A stretch of 64,000 bases of DNA from Acutalibacteraceae bacterium. Its GTDB lineage: Bacteria; Bacillota; Clostridia; Oscillospirales; Acutalibacteraceae. Shown here piece after piece: positions 56,316-64,000 of the stretch. The stretch is taken from NCBI GenBank assembly GCA_045589815.1, contig JAZNPT010000054.1, positions 10,723 to 74,722 on the forward strand. Reading direction: 5' to 3'. Numbering within the stretch: the first letter of the stretch is position 1; the number at the start of each line of letters is the position of its first letter. The notes beneath the pieces are model-generated. The model searched no databases. It saw nothing but the letters and a program-made list of their open reading frames with translations, and had not been told where the DNA came from. A program made the position numbers and the translations under genes.

Positions 56316-56347
56316 ATCCCGCCAATGGATTATTCCACTGACGGGAT
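56316..56347 (-). terminator. Terminator after asnS
   Basis: Minus strand ATCCCGTCAGTGGA-ataa-TCCATTGGCGGGAT. Confidence 0.75.
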
Positions 56348-56359
56348 AGCTTTTTAAAA

Positions 56360-57754
56360 TTAAAAATCTGCCGAGCCTGTTGTTCTGGGGAAGGGGAGAA
56401 CGTCGCGGATATTTGAAATGCCGGTTAAATACATAACAAGCCTTTCAAAGCCCAAGCCGAATCCGCTGTGCTTGACACCGCCGTAACGGCGAAGGTCAAG
56501 ATACCAGCTGTAATCATCGGGGTTAAGGCCAAGCTCTTTGATGCGTGCTTCAAGCAGCTCAAGGCGTTCCTCTCTTTGGCTGCCGCCGATGATTTCACCG
56601 ATGCCCATAACAAGGCAGTCGCAGGCGGCAACGGTTTTTCCGTCATCGTTAAGGCGCATATAGAAGGCTTTGATTTCCTTGGGGTAGTCTGTAACAAAAA
56701 CAGGCTTTTTGAAAATCTGCTCCGTAAGATAACGCTCATGCTCGGTCTGCAAATCGCAACCCCAGCTTACCTTATATTCAAATTCGTCATTATGCTCTTC
56801 AAGCATTTTAACAGCATCTGTGTAGGTTACTCTGCCGAAATCTGAATTTGCAACGGTTGTGAGTCTTTCAATAAGCTCTTTATCAACAAATTTATCAAGG
56901 AATTCAAGCTCCATGGGGCAGTTATCAAGAACATATCTGATAACATATTTTATCATGCCTTCGGCAACATCCATATCATCGCTCAATTCCGCAAAAGCCA
57001 TTTCCGGCTCAATCATCCAGAATTCCGCAGCGTGGCGCTGAGTATAGGATTTTTCTGCTCTGAAGGTGGGGCCGAAGGTGTAAACCTTGCCGAAAGCAAG
57101 TGCCATTGTTTCGGCCTGAAGCTGGCCTGAAACGGTCAGATAAGCGGGCTTCTGGAAGAAATCCTCGCTGTAGTCAATCTTTCCGTCCTCTGTTTTGGGC
57201 AGGTTCTCCATATCAAGGGTTGTAACTCGGAACATTTCGCCTGCGCCTTCACAGTCGCTGCAGGAAATCAGCGGAGTGTGCGCATAAACAAAGCCTTGCT
57301 CCATGAAAAACTTATGAATTGCATAGGCTGCAACCGAGCGGATTCTGAAAGCTGCGTTAAAAAGATTTGTGCGCGGTCTGAGATGGGCAATTGTTCTCAA
57401 AAACTCAACCGAATGTCTTTTCTTTTGCAAAGGATAATCGGGAGTTGAGGTTGCCTCAATGGATATTTCATCAGCGTTGATTTCAAAAGGCTGATTTGCC
57501 TGCGGAGTGAGCAAAAGCTTGCCCGTAACCTTGACCGCAGCGCCAACGTTAAGCTTTGCGATGTCTTTATAATTTTCAAGCTTTGCCGCTTCAAAAACAA
57601 TCTGAACACCCTTGAAGCAGCTGCCGTCATTAAGTTCAATAAAACCGATTGCTTTTGAATCCCTGAGGGTTTTAATCCAGCCGTAAACCGTAACGCTTTG
57701 GTCGGCATATTTATCGGGAGCTTCAAAAAGCTTTTTAATTTCAAGTCTTTCCAT
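56360..57754 (-). CDS. asnS: Asparagine--tRNA ligase
   Basis: [40 protein letters not shown] and GFGLGFER. Confidence 0.97.
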   Translation of the reverse strand: MERLEIKKLFEAPDKYADQSVTVYGWIKTLRDSKAIGFIELNDGSCFKGVQIVFEAAKLENYKDIAKLNVGAAVKVTGKLLLTPQANQPFEINADEISIEATSTPDYPLQKKRHSVEFLRTIAHLRPRTNLFNAAFRIRSVAAYAIHKFFMEQGFVYAHTPLISCSDCEGAGEMFRVTTLDMENLPKTEDGKIDYSEDFFQKPAYLTVSGQLQAETMALAFGKVYTFGPTFRAEKSYTQRHAAEFWMIEPEMAFAELSDDMDVAEGMIKYVIRYVLDNCPMELEFLDKFVDKELIERLTTVANSDFGRVTYTDAVKMLEEHNDEFEYKVSWGCDLQTEHERYLTEQIFKKPVFVTDYPKEIKAFYMRLNDDGKTVAACDCLVMGIGEIIGGSQREERLELLEARIKELGLNPDDYSWYLDLRRYGGVKHSGFGLGFERLVMYLTGISNIRDVLPFPRTTGSADF

Positions 57755-57794
57755 ACGGAAAACCTCCTGTGTACTTAAACAAAAATAAAAAGCA

Positions 57795-58145
57795 CTAAAC
57801 TGTTATAGTGTCAATATTCTTTTCTAATGTTGCGGTGCTTATGCCGCTGATGTTTGTCAGTTCATCAACGGTTCTGAACGCGCCGTTTTTCTCTCTGTAG
57901 TCAATAATAGCCTGTGCTTTTTTTGCGCCAATGCCTTCAAGCTGCGAAAGCTCGTCTGCATCGGCGGTGTTAATGTTGATTTTGCCGATAGGAGCAGTTG
58001 TTGTTCTTTCTGCCCGGGTCGTTGTTATAACCGAAGCTTCAAGGCTGTTATATTTAGGTGAATCAAACACCGAATACAGCAGAGCTGCTATTGTTATAAC
58101 AAGCGCTGCGGCAATCAGCAAAAGTTCATGCTTTTTTTCGCTCAT
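57795..58145 (-). CDS. ComEA-like helix-hairpin-helix DNA-binding protein
   Basis: N-terminal TM helix; [18 protein letters not shown]...AIIDYR..NGAF...L..ISGI; start moved to ATG 58145. Confidence 0.9.
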   Translation of the reverse strand: MSEKKHELLLIAAALVITIAALLYSVFDSPKYNSLEASVITTTRAERTTTAPIGKININTADADELSQLEGIGAKKAQAIIDYREKNGAFRTVDELTNISGISTATLEKNIDTITV

Positions 58146-58147
58146 AA

Positions 58148-58492
58148 TCAGAAATTCGAGCCGTTCCAGCCCCAATGCTCTGCTTCTTCATATTTTATAT
58201 AAATGTTGGCTCTGTCAATGCCGAGTTCTTCGTTAACGATTTCTGAAAGTGCGGCGGTGAGCCTGTCATAAGCAGCATCGGAGGTTGAGCCGAAAAGGCT
58301 GACCTCAAGATATGCATAATCCTGAGTATTATCTCCTTTAAAATACATGTCAATATTATCTTCAAAGGCAAGCATGAGCCACGCCTCGCTTTTGCCTGGG
58401 ATAAGGGCGATTGCTTCGCCAAGTTTAGCTTTGAGATTATCTTTATTTTTCTCGGTGAGTTCTTTGCTGACTGTTGTTCTGATATACGGCAT
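58148..58492 (-). CDS. MIF/phenylpyruvate tautomerase-related protein
   Basis: N-terminal MP (catalytic Pro), [15 protein letters not shown] and WGWNGSNF. Confidence 0.88.
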   Translation of the reverse strand: MPYIRTTVSKELTEKNKDNLKAKLGEAIALIPGKSEAWLMLAFEDNIDMYFKGDNTQDYAYLEVSLFGSTSDAAYDRLTAALSEIVNEELGIDRANIYIKYEEAEHWGWNGSNF

Positions 58493-58508
58493 GTGTTTAT
58501 CCTCCTAA

Positions 58509-60761
58509 TCAATTCACTCTCAAGAAATCTCTTGCCTCAACAATAACGCCGAGGGTTGAAAAATCGTTGTTTGTGTAGTTAACATAAATTCTTGCGCCTG
58601 TATCATATTCGGTGCAGAAAATTCCGTCCTGCACCTCATAATGGTCGGTTATTCTTGCGTCTCTCAAATCGTTGAGAGCTTCGTTTGCTCCGGTATAAAA
58701 TTCCGCAGCTGTATTAATGGTGTTGTCATAATAGAATTTATCTGATTCGGTTTGCCCCGTGACCGGTTCATAGTTCCACTCGAAATGTGGGCAAGCACCG
58801 TATTCGATATATTTGAGCAGGGTTTCCTGCAGATTGATATCCGTGTTTATCGGTTCTCCCGCATAGTCAACAATTCCGTGCAGAACAAGCTGAATGAAAG
58901 GCACGGCAAGGTATGCGCCGCTTTCTGAAATTGTTGTTTCAAGAGGAATGTTGATAACGGAATCAATGTTTTTCAACATATAGAAATTGCCCGTTACAGC
59001 CATTGTGGAGTGGCCTGTTGAAAGGGGCACAATAGCCTCGCTGATTGCGCCGGCAGCGTCTTCACGCAAAACTCCTCCCAAAGAAAAATCGGAATAGAGA
59101 ACGGAGCCGACATCATTGAGGCAATAGCCTGAAAAGCCGTAATAACGGGTGTCGGTCAATACGGAAGAAACAACTTTTTTGAGCTTGCTGATATTTCTGA
59201 ACTGTCTTTCGGCAACCGTTTCGCCCATATAATCAACAAGCTTGCTGTCAGGAGTGTATGAACTGGTGTTCTTTTGAATATCGGTTGCGTTTATGCCTGA
59301 AAAACCTGTTGAGGAGGAAAGCAGATTAACATCAAGAAACAGACTCATTTTTTGCGCTGTGATGTATGCATGAAGCTCATCAAGCTTTTCTGTTCCTCCA
59401 AGCCTGCGTAAAACGGAGGCGTCATTTATATCTTTTGAATCAAGACCGCCGCTGAAGATTCCCGCATAGCGGATGCTGACATTGTTAATACCTTTGTTTT
59501 TCATTCTTATGAGCATATCTTCAGCCTGTTCAAAGGTTGTGAGCTTTGAAAGGTAGTTTATCGGGCCGAATGACTTTTTTGCTGCTCCGGTAAGAGTGAG
59601 ATAAAACGGCATATAGTCGCTGATTTCAACGGCTTTTGTTGAAAGAACAGAATTTCTGATAAGCTGTTCGCGGCATGCCGAAGCAAGGCCTGCATAGGTT
59701 GCGTTGTTGCCTGTAAGGAATCGGTAACAAAGTGAAATTTCGTTCACTGAGGAGGCTTTGGAAATATAAAGAGTGTTATCTCGATAACTTATTGGCGTGA
59801 TATTGAAGCTTGGATGAACGGTGTTGTATTCACTTATGCCTGTTGCTTTCTGAGCATTTATTGATGCAACAGCATCGCCGTTTTCAATCAGAGAAACGAA
59901 GGCGGAGTTGCCGTGCTTGATTCCGAAAGCGGGAATAACTGCGCTGCCTGAAGAATCCGATTCGGTTGATGGGTCCTGTCCGTACACATCAAACGAAAGA
60001 GACTCAAAAGATTCATCATAAATTGAAGTTTTGATTATAGCGCCGCAGCCGTCCGGAACAAGCAGAAAATCACCTTCCGCTGTGTCATTATAAGCTCCGA
60101 AGTAATTGAGAAGGTCAATGTCTTCAATAAAAGCATCAGGATTTCCTGTTATGTTTTCATAGCTGCAGGAAACATTCATGCTTCCGTCCTTCAGAGTCAC
60201 GGTAAGGATGGCTCGGAATCCGATGTCGCTTTTTTCAAAGCTCTGCTTTGCGGCGGTTTTTTCGTCGGTAAACATGTCAAATGTGAAAACAGCGCCGTTT
60301 TCAATCAATGAATGGGATGACTTGCCGTAAGCAACAGAGTTATCCTGAGAATTCAAATAATAAATATCCGTTCCGCCGATAATCTTCAGCGAAACCATGC
60401 TTGCCCGGCTGACAAGAGCTTCGCCTTGAGCAATGCCGTCAAGCAGGGGAAGAACACTCCAAAGCTGCCCTTGAGAAGTTTCTTTGATTGCAAAAGAATC
60501 GGTTGATGGGTCGATATAAAGCTCGATAAGCCCTGATGATGCAGCTTTTTCTGCAAATGCAGCGGCATTTGCGGAATAATGAACAGAGCTGTCAGCGGCG
60601 GGATTGGTTATGCTGTTCCTTGCGGGAACGGATTTGATAACCTTAACGCCTGATTCTTCCCTTGAACCGCATGCAGTCAGAATTCCTGATAAAACGACGA
60701 AGCATAGCAGGACAGAAAGCGTTTTGAGAAATATTCTTTTCGAATTACTGTTTGTTTTCAT
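58509..60761 (-). CDS. DUF5696-like large extracellular lipoprotein
   Basis: Lipobox LTAC; GDFLLVPDGCGA, GNANLY-like GNFYML, AVPFIQLVLHG..Y and YDTGARIYVNY; start moved to ATG 60761. Confidence 0.75.
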   Translation of the reverse strand: MKTNSNSKRIFLKTLSVLLCFVVLSGILTACGSREESGVKVIKSVPARNSITNPAADSSVHYSANAAAFAEKAASSGLIELYIDPSTDSFAIKETSQGQLWSVLPLLDGIAQGEALVSRASMVSLKIIGGTDIYYLNSQDNSVAYGKSSHSLIENGAVFTFDMFTDEKTAAKQSFEKSDIGFRAILTVTLKDGSMNVSCSYENITGNPDAFIEDIDLLNYFGAYNDTAEGDFLLVPDGCGAIIKTSIYDESFESLSFDVYGQDPSTESDSSGSAVIPAFGIKHGNSAFVSLIENGDAVASINAQKATGISEYNTVHPSFNITPISYRDNTLYISKASSVNEISLCYRFLTGNNATYAGLASACREQLIRNSVLSTKAVEISDYMPFYLTLTGAAKKSFGPINYLSKLTTFEQAEDMLIRMKNKGINNVSIRYAGIFSGGLDSKDINDASVLRRLGGTEKLDELHAYITAQKMSLFLDVNLLSSSTGFSGINATDIQKNTSSYTPDSKLVDYMGETVAERQFRNISKLKKVVSSVLTDTRYYGFSGYCLNDVGSVLYSDFSLGGVLREDAAGAISEAIVPLSTGHSTMAVTGNFYMLKNIDSVINIPLETTISESGAYLAVPFIQLVLHGIVDYAGEPINTDINLQETLLKYIEYGACPHFEWNYEPVTGQTESDKFYYDNTINTAAEFYTGANEALNDLRDARITDHYEVQDGIFCTEYDTGARIYVNYTNNDFSTLGVIVEARDFLRVN

Positions 60762-62262
60762 AATACTTAGAATCCTTTGAAACTTCAAAAGTGAAAATTA
60801 CGCCGTTTTCAATGTTTTTAACGCCATGCTTGCACAGGTGATTTTTCATAATGCCTTTAACGATTGAAAGGCCGAGACCAAATCGGCTTTCGCTCCTGCC
60901 GTGTGCTTTGTCAGCTCTGTAGAAGCTGTCCCATATTTCGGGCAAATCCTGCTGCGAAATATGCTCGCCTGTATTGAAAACACCGATTTCATAGAGAGTA
61001 TCTGTTTCGTTAAGGCGAAGTTCAATTCGCTTTTCGCCTGAACAATGAGAAACTGCATTTGTTATGTAGTTTTTCAGAACGATTTCGATTTTATCCTCCT
61101 GCGCATAGCAAACAAGAGGAGAGGGGATTTGATTGACAACCGTGATTCCGTTCTGCTCGAAAAGGAGGGAAAGGTGATTCAAAAGAGAATTAATTTTTTG
61201 ACCGAGATCGAAATAGTCGGGCGTGAAAGGCTGAGCACCGCTTTCAAGCTTTGAAAGCTCAAGAAGCTCAACAACCAGAGCGTTCATTTTCTGACTCTCA
61301 TCATTGATAATCTGACAGTATTCCTTGATAACCTCAGGGTCATCGCTGATGCCCTCGCAAAGGCCTTCGGCATAGCCGGAAATGATTGCAATGGGTGTTT
61401 TCAATTCGTGGGAAACGTTGTTAATGAAAGATTTTCTTGCATTGTCAAGAGCATGACGTCTTTCTATATCTTTTTCAAGCTGCCCGTTTTTATCCTTCAA
61501 ATCCATAAGGGTGGCATCAAGTGTTGTTGAAAGTGTGTTGATGCTTGTTCCGAGTTCGCCGATTTCGTCATTACCGTAGTTGCCGCATTTTCTGTCGAAA
61601 TTCAGAGAGGCCATGTCCTTGGTTATATCGTTCATTTCAACCAGAGGTTTTGTGAACTTTGCAACAAGCAGATAAAAAATTGCTGACATAAGAATTATGA
61701 GTGAAATGCTGATAAACGAAAAAACCTTTCCGGCAACTTCAACAATATTTTCAACATCGGCAACCTCCGAATAAAGGTGAACGGTTTCTCCCGTGTCAAT
61801 TGTTGTGGAATAAACAAAATATTCTGTGTTGGTTACCGGTTTTTTCATAATCGCAAAGTTTTCATAATTAATTGCCGGGTAGTTATCACTCGGCTTTAAG
61901 CTTGCATAATCGGATTCAGAGGAGCTTGATGATGCGAAATGGTCGCTTCCGAAAACAGAGCTTCCGTTTTTTGTTGTGTATGCGATTGAGCCGTCAGGGT
62001 TAATCATTTCAAAATCAACGTTATCATTTGCGGCAATTGAATATAAGTCAAAATAATAGGCAGCAGAGCCGGGAAGGCAAGCATTGATTTTTGTTGCAGT
62101 TTCGCACATCTCATTGTAGGTATGCATCGAAAATGTTCTGAAAAGCACCGGAGTACTGAAAACCGTGATCAGAATTACAAAAAGAACAAGAACGGCAAGA
62201 ATGGTTGCAAAAAGCTTTATTCTTATTCTTCGAAGCTTCAGTTTTGAAAAAAAGTGTTTCAA
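60745..62262 (-). CDS. HAMP-domain sensor histidine kinase
   Basis: Two TM helices, HAMP, NVSHELKTP H-box, FYRADKA and GLGLSIV. Confidence 0.95.
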   Translation of the reverse strand: MKHFFSKLKLRRIRIKLFATILAVLVLFVILITVFSTPVLFRTFSMHTYNEMCETATKINACLPGSAAYYFDLYSIAANDNVDFEMINPDGSIAYTTKNGSSVFGSDHFASSSSSESDYASLKPSDNYPAINYENFAIMKKPVTNTEYFVYSTTIDTGETVHLYSEVADVENIVEVAGKVFSFISISLIILMSAIFYLLVAKFTKPLVEMNDITKDMASLNFDRKCGNYGNDEIGELGTSINTLSTTLDATLMDLKDKNGQLEKDIERRHALDNARKSFINNVSHELKTPIAIISGYAEGLCEGISDDPEVIKEYCQIINDESQKMNALVVELLELSKLESGAQPFTPDYFDLGQKINSLLNHLSLLFEQNGITVVNQIPSPLVCYAQEDKIEIVLKNYITNAVSHCSGEKRIELRLNETDTLYEIGVFNTGEHISQQDLPEIWDSFYRADKAHGRSESRFGLGLSIVKGIMKNHLCKHGVKNIENGVIFTFEVSKDSKYYENKQ

Positions 62263-62945
62263 GACCTTTCCACCTCAATTTTATATCCGACTCCGTAGAC
62301 TGTTTTGAGATGATTTTCACCCCAAGAGCCAAGTTTTGTTCTGAGTCTTGCAACGTGAGAGTCAACAGTTCTTGGGTCACCGATAAAATCAACACCCCAA
62401 ATGCTGTCGAGAAGCTGCTCTCTTGAATATATTCTGCCGCAGTTTCCTGCAAGTTTAACAAGGATATTATGCTCCTTAATGGTTAATTCAACGGCATTGC
62501 CGCTGTTTGTAACGGTGTGGGCAGGGATATCAATAATAAGGCCGTCGATTGCAATTATTTCGCCTGATGCATTGTTTCTGCCCTGAGATCTTTTGAGAAG
62601 CGCTTCAACTCGTTTAACAAGAACACTCGGGCTGAACGGTTTTGTGACATAATCGTCTGCGCCGCTTTCAAAAGACATAAGTTCATCAAACTCCTGGCTT
62701 CTTGCTGTGAGAACAAGAATGGGGACAGCGCTTGTTTCGCGGATTTTTTTGCTGACCTCCCAGCCGTCTGCTTCTGGCATCATTATGTCACAGATAACAA
62801 GGTCGAATTGACCGGCAGAAAGAAATTTTTCAATAGCATCTTTTCCGTCAACAGCTTCAACGGTTTCGTAACCTGCATTTTTTAAAAAGTCACAGACAAG
62901 CCTTCTGATTAAGGCTTCGTCATCTGCAACAAGAATTCGTTTCAT
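62259..62945 (-). CDS. OmpR/PhoB family response regulator
   Basis: ADDE, CDIMMP, LTAR, DDYVTKPF, DSHVARLRTKL and TVYGVGYK; start moved to ATG 62945. Confidence 0.95.
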   Translation of the reverse strand: MKRILVADDEALIRRLVCDFLKNAGYETVEAVDGKDAIEKFLSAGQFDLVICDIMMPEADGWEVSKKIRETSAVPILVLTARSQEFDELMSFESGADDYVTKPFSPSVLVKRVEALLKRSQGRNNASGEIIAIDGLIIDIPAHTVTNSGNAVELTIKEHNILVKLAGNCGRIYSREQLLDSIWGVDFIGDPRTVDSHVARLRTKLGSWGENHLKTVYGVGYKIEVERS

Positions 62946-63182
62946 ATTTTCACACTGCTTTCGCATTGGATTTTTAAACAATATATCAATTTATAATAAC
63001 ATACTTTATATATATAAATCAATAGCCAAACTTTTAAAAATAGCTTTTGCTGTTTCGGCAAATACTTTGCGAATTAAAAAAACTAAAATTTTTATAAAAA
63101 CTATTGTTTTATGCAATCAAATTTAGTATAATATTTCAGTATTTATTCTGGGTCTTAATGGCCTTCTGAAAGGTGTGGTTTA

Positions 63183-63917
63183 ATGCTCGGCAAATATGTC
63201 AGAGTCAGGGTTACCAACCCAATCCGCTCCGTAAACAGACAGTTCGGTTTTGTCTATCAGCTTAATTTCGGTGCAATTGAAGGCAAAAAACGATATGACA
63301 GCAATTCTCACGGCGCCTATATCATGGGAATCAATCATCCCGTCAGAACTTTTGACGGCAGGGTTATTGCTGCAATTAAAAGAGGGGACGGAAGCCCTAC
63401 TGTTTACGTTGTTGCTCCTAAGAGCATGCGTTTTATTTCCTATCAGATTGAGGATGCAATTGCTTTTGCGGAAAAGGGCAGAAATTATAAGCTGGAGTGT
63501 CTTTATGAGCGCTCTTGCGGTGCTGTTGTTTACAGAATCATCAACGACGAAGTCAGATATCTTCTCATTAAAAACCGCCGAAGCACTCACTGGGGATTCC
63601 CGAAAGGTCATATTGAAAAGGGCGAAACCTATGAGCAGACAGCGATTAGAGAGGTGCTTGAAGAAACCGGTATCCACATTCAGATTTTGCCGCAGTTTGC
63701 ATCAAAATCCGAATATACAATTCAGGGAAGGGTGGAAAAATCGGTAACGATTTTTCTTGCCAAAACCAAGGATACTCAAACAACAATTCAGCGCGAAGAA
63801 ATCGAAGATTATATCTGGCTTAATTTCGAAAAGGCGATGGATACTTTGAGGTTTATCAATGACCGAAATATTCTTCAAAGTGCACATGACTTTTTGATTG
63901 AGCAAAATATCGTCTAG
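63183..63917 (+). CDS. Nudix hydrolase (Ap4A-hydrolase-like) fused to an N-terminal degenerate inorganic-pyrophosphatase-like domain
   Basis: Nudix box GHIEKGETYEQTAIREVLEETGI with WGFPKG; N-terminal 105 aa align by eye to the short clostridial PPase family. Confidence 0.8.
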   Translation: MLGKYVRVRVTNPIRSVNRQFGFVYQLNFGAIEGKKRYDSNSHGAYIMGINHPVRTFDGRVIAAIKRGDGSPTVYVVAPKSMRFISYQIEDAIAFAEKGRNYKLECLYERSCGAVVYRIINDEVRYLLIKNRRSTHWGFPKGHIEKGETYEQTAIREVLEETGIHIQILPQFASKSEYTIQGRVEKSVTIFLAKTKDTQTTIQREEIEDYIWLNFEKAMDTLRFINDRNILQSAHDFLIEQNIV

Positions 63918-63932
63918 AGAAAGGGCAGTTTA

Positions 63933-64000
63933 AATGACTGAAGCCATTACGGATTATCTGGTGGGTGTGTTTCAAGGCACTATTCCCAAGGAGCTTATAA
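63933..64000 (+). CDS. Start of a CDS truncated by the window edge (MTEAITDYLVGVFQGTIPKELI...)
   Basis: ATG behind RBS GAGAAAGGG; too short to assign, possibly a small multidrug-export (COG2426-like) membrane protein. Confidence 0.5.

Noticed and set aside
1-64000. CRISPR arrays, tRNA/rRNA genes, transposases, integrases, prophage or defence genes
   Set aside because: I saw no regularly spaced repeats, tRNA T-loop/CCA patterns or mobile-element protein motifs; a tRNAscan-SE or CRISPR finder run would confirm

Overview
A 64-kb stretch of mostly core chromosome from a spore-forming, anaerobic Clostridia bacterium. It looks Oscillospirales/Ruminococcaceae-like, judged from gene content, sigmaA and sigmaE promoters and yabP/yabQ; this placement is an inference. 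About 60 CDS are present: the start of a sugar ABC operon, an M23/G5 peptidase, rfbD, a HisJ-family phosphatase with ispE, MATE/YgjV, a PPTase/DUF212/acyl-CoA ligase cluster, a D-Asp ligase-Asp racemase-nrdR operon, a Gfo-PHP-GPH sugar operon, DUF1846, a geranylgeranyl-reductase-like flavoprotein, a GH38 mannosidase, an ECF/anti-sigma pair, a membrane M28 peptidase, recJ-rel-dtd-MBL-hemZ-kinase-yabM-mazG-hup-rqcP-yabPQ-divIC-yabR, an orphan fumarase alpha subunit, hpf, a possible lipid-remodelling cluster, acn-icd, asnS, a TCS-DUF5696-MIF-comEA run and a PPase-Nudix fusion. A 6S RNA lies on the minus strand at about 31288-31470. I saw no tRNA, rRNA, CRISPR array, transposase or integrase. The best unexplained signal is a standalone ~400-nt transcription unit at about 32002-32410, between the DUF1292 gene and recJ. 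It has a near-consensus extended sigmaA promoter, an intrinsic terminator, many nested helices and a 15-codon ORF whose RBS may be switchable, and I cannot match it to any RNA family I know. Other notable items are a sigmaE promoter nested inside a terminator/RBS-sequestering hairpin before yabP, a D-Asp ligase/racemase pair in a clostridial genome, a secreted permuted papain-like (His...Cys) protein next to lipid kinase and phosphoesterase genes, a perfect 22-bp operator palindrome, and a catalytically degenerate pyrophosphatase domain fused to a Nudix hydrolase. All calls come from motif recognition by eye; no database searches were run.
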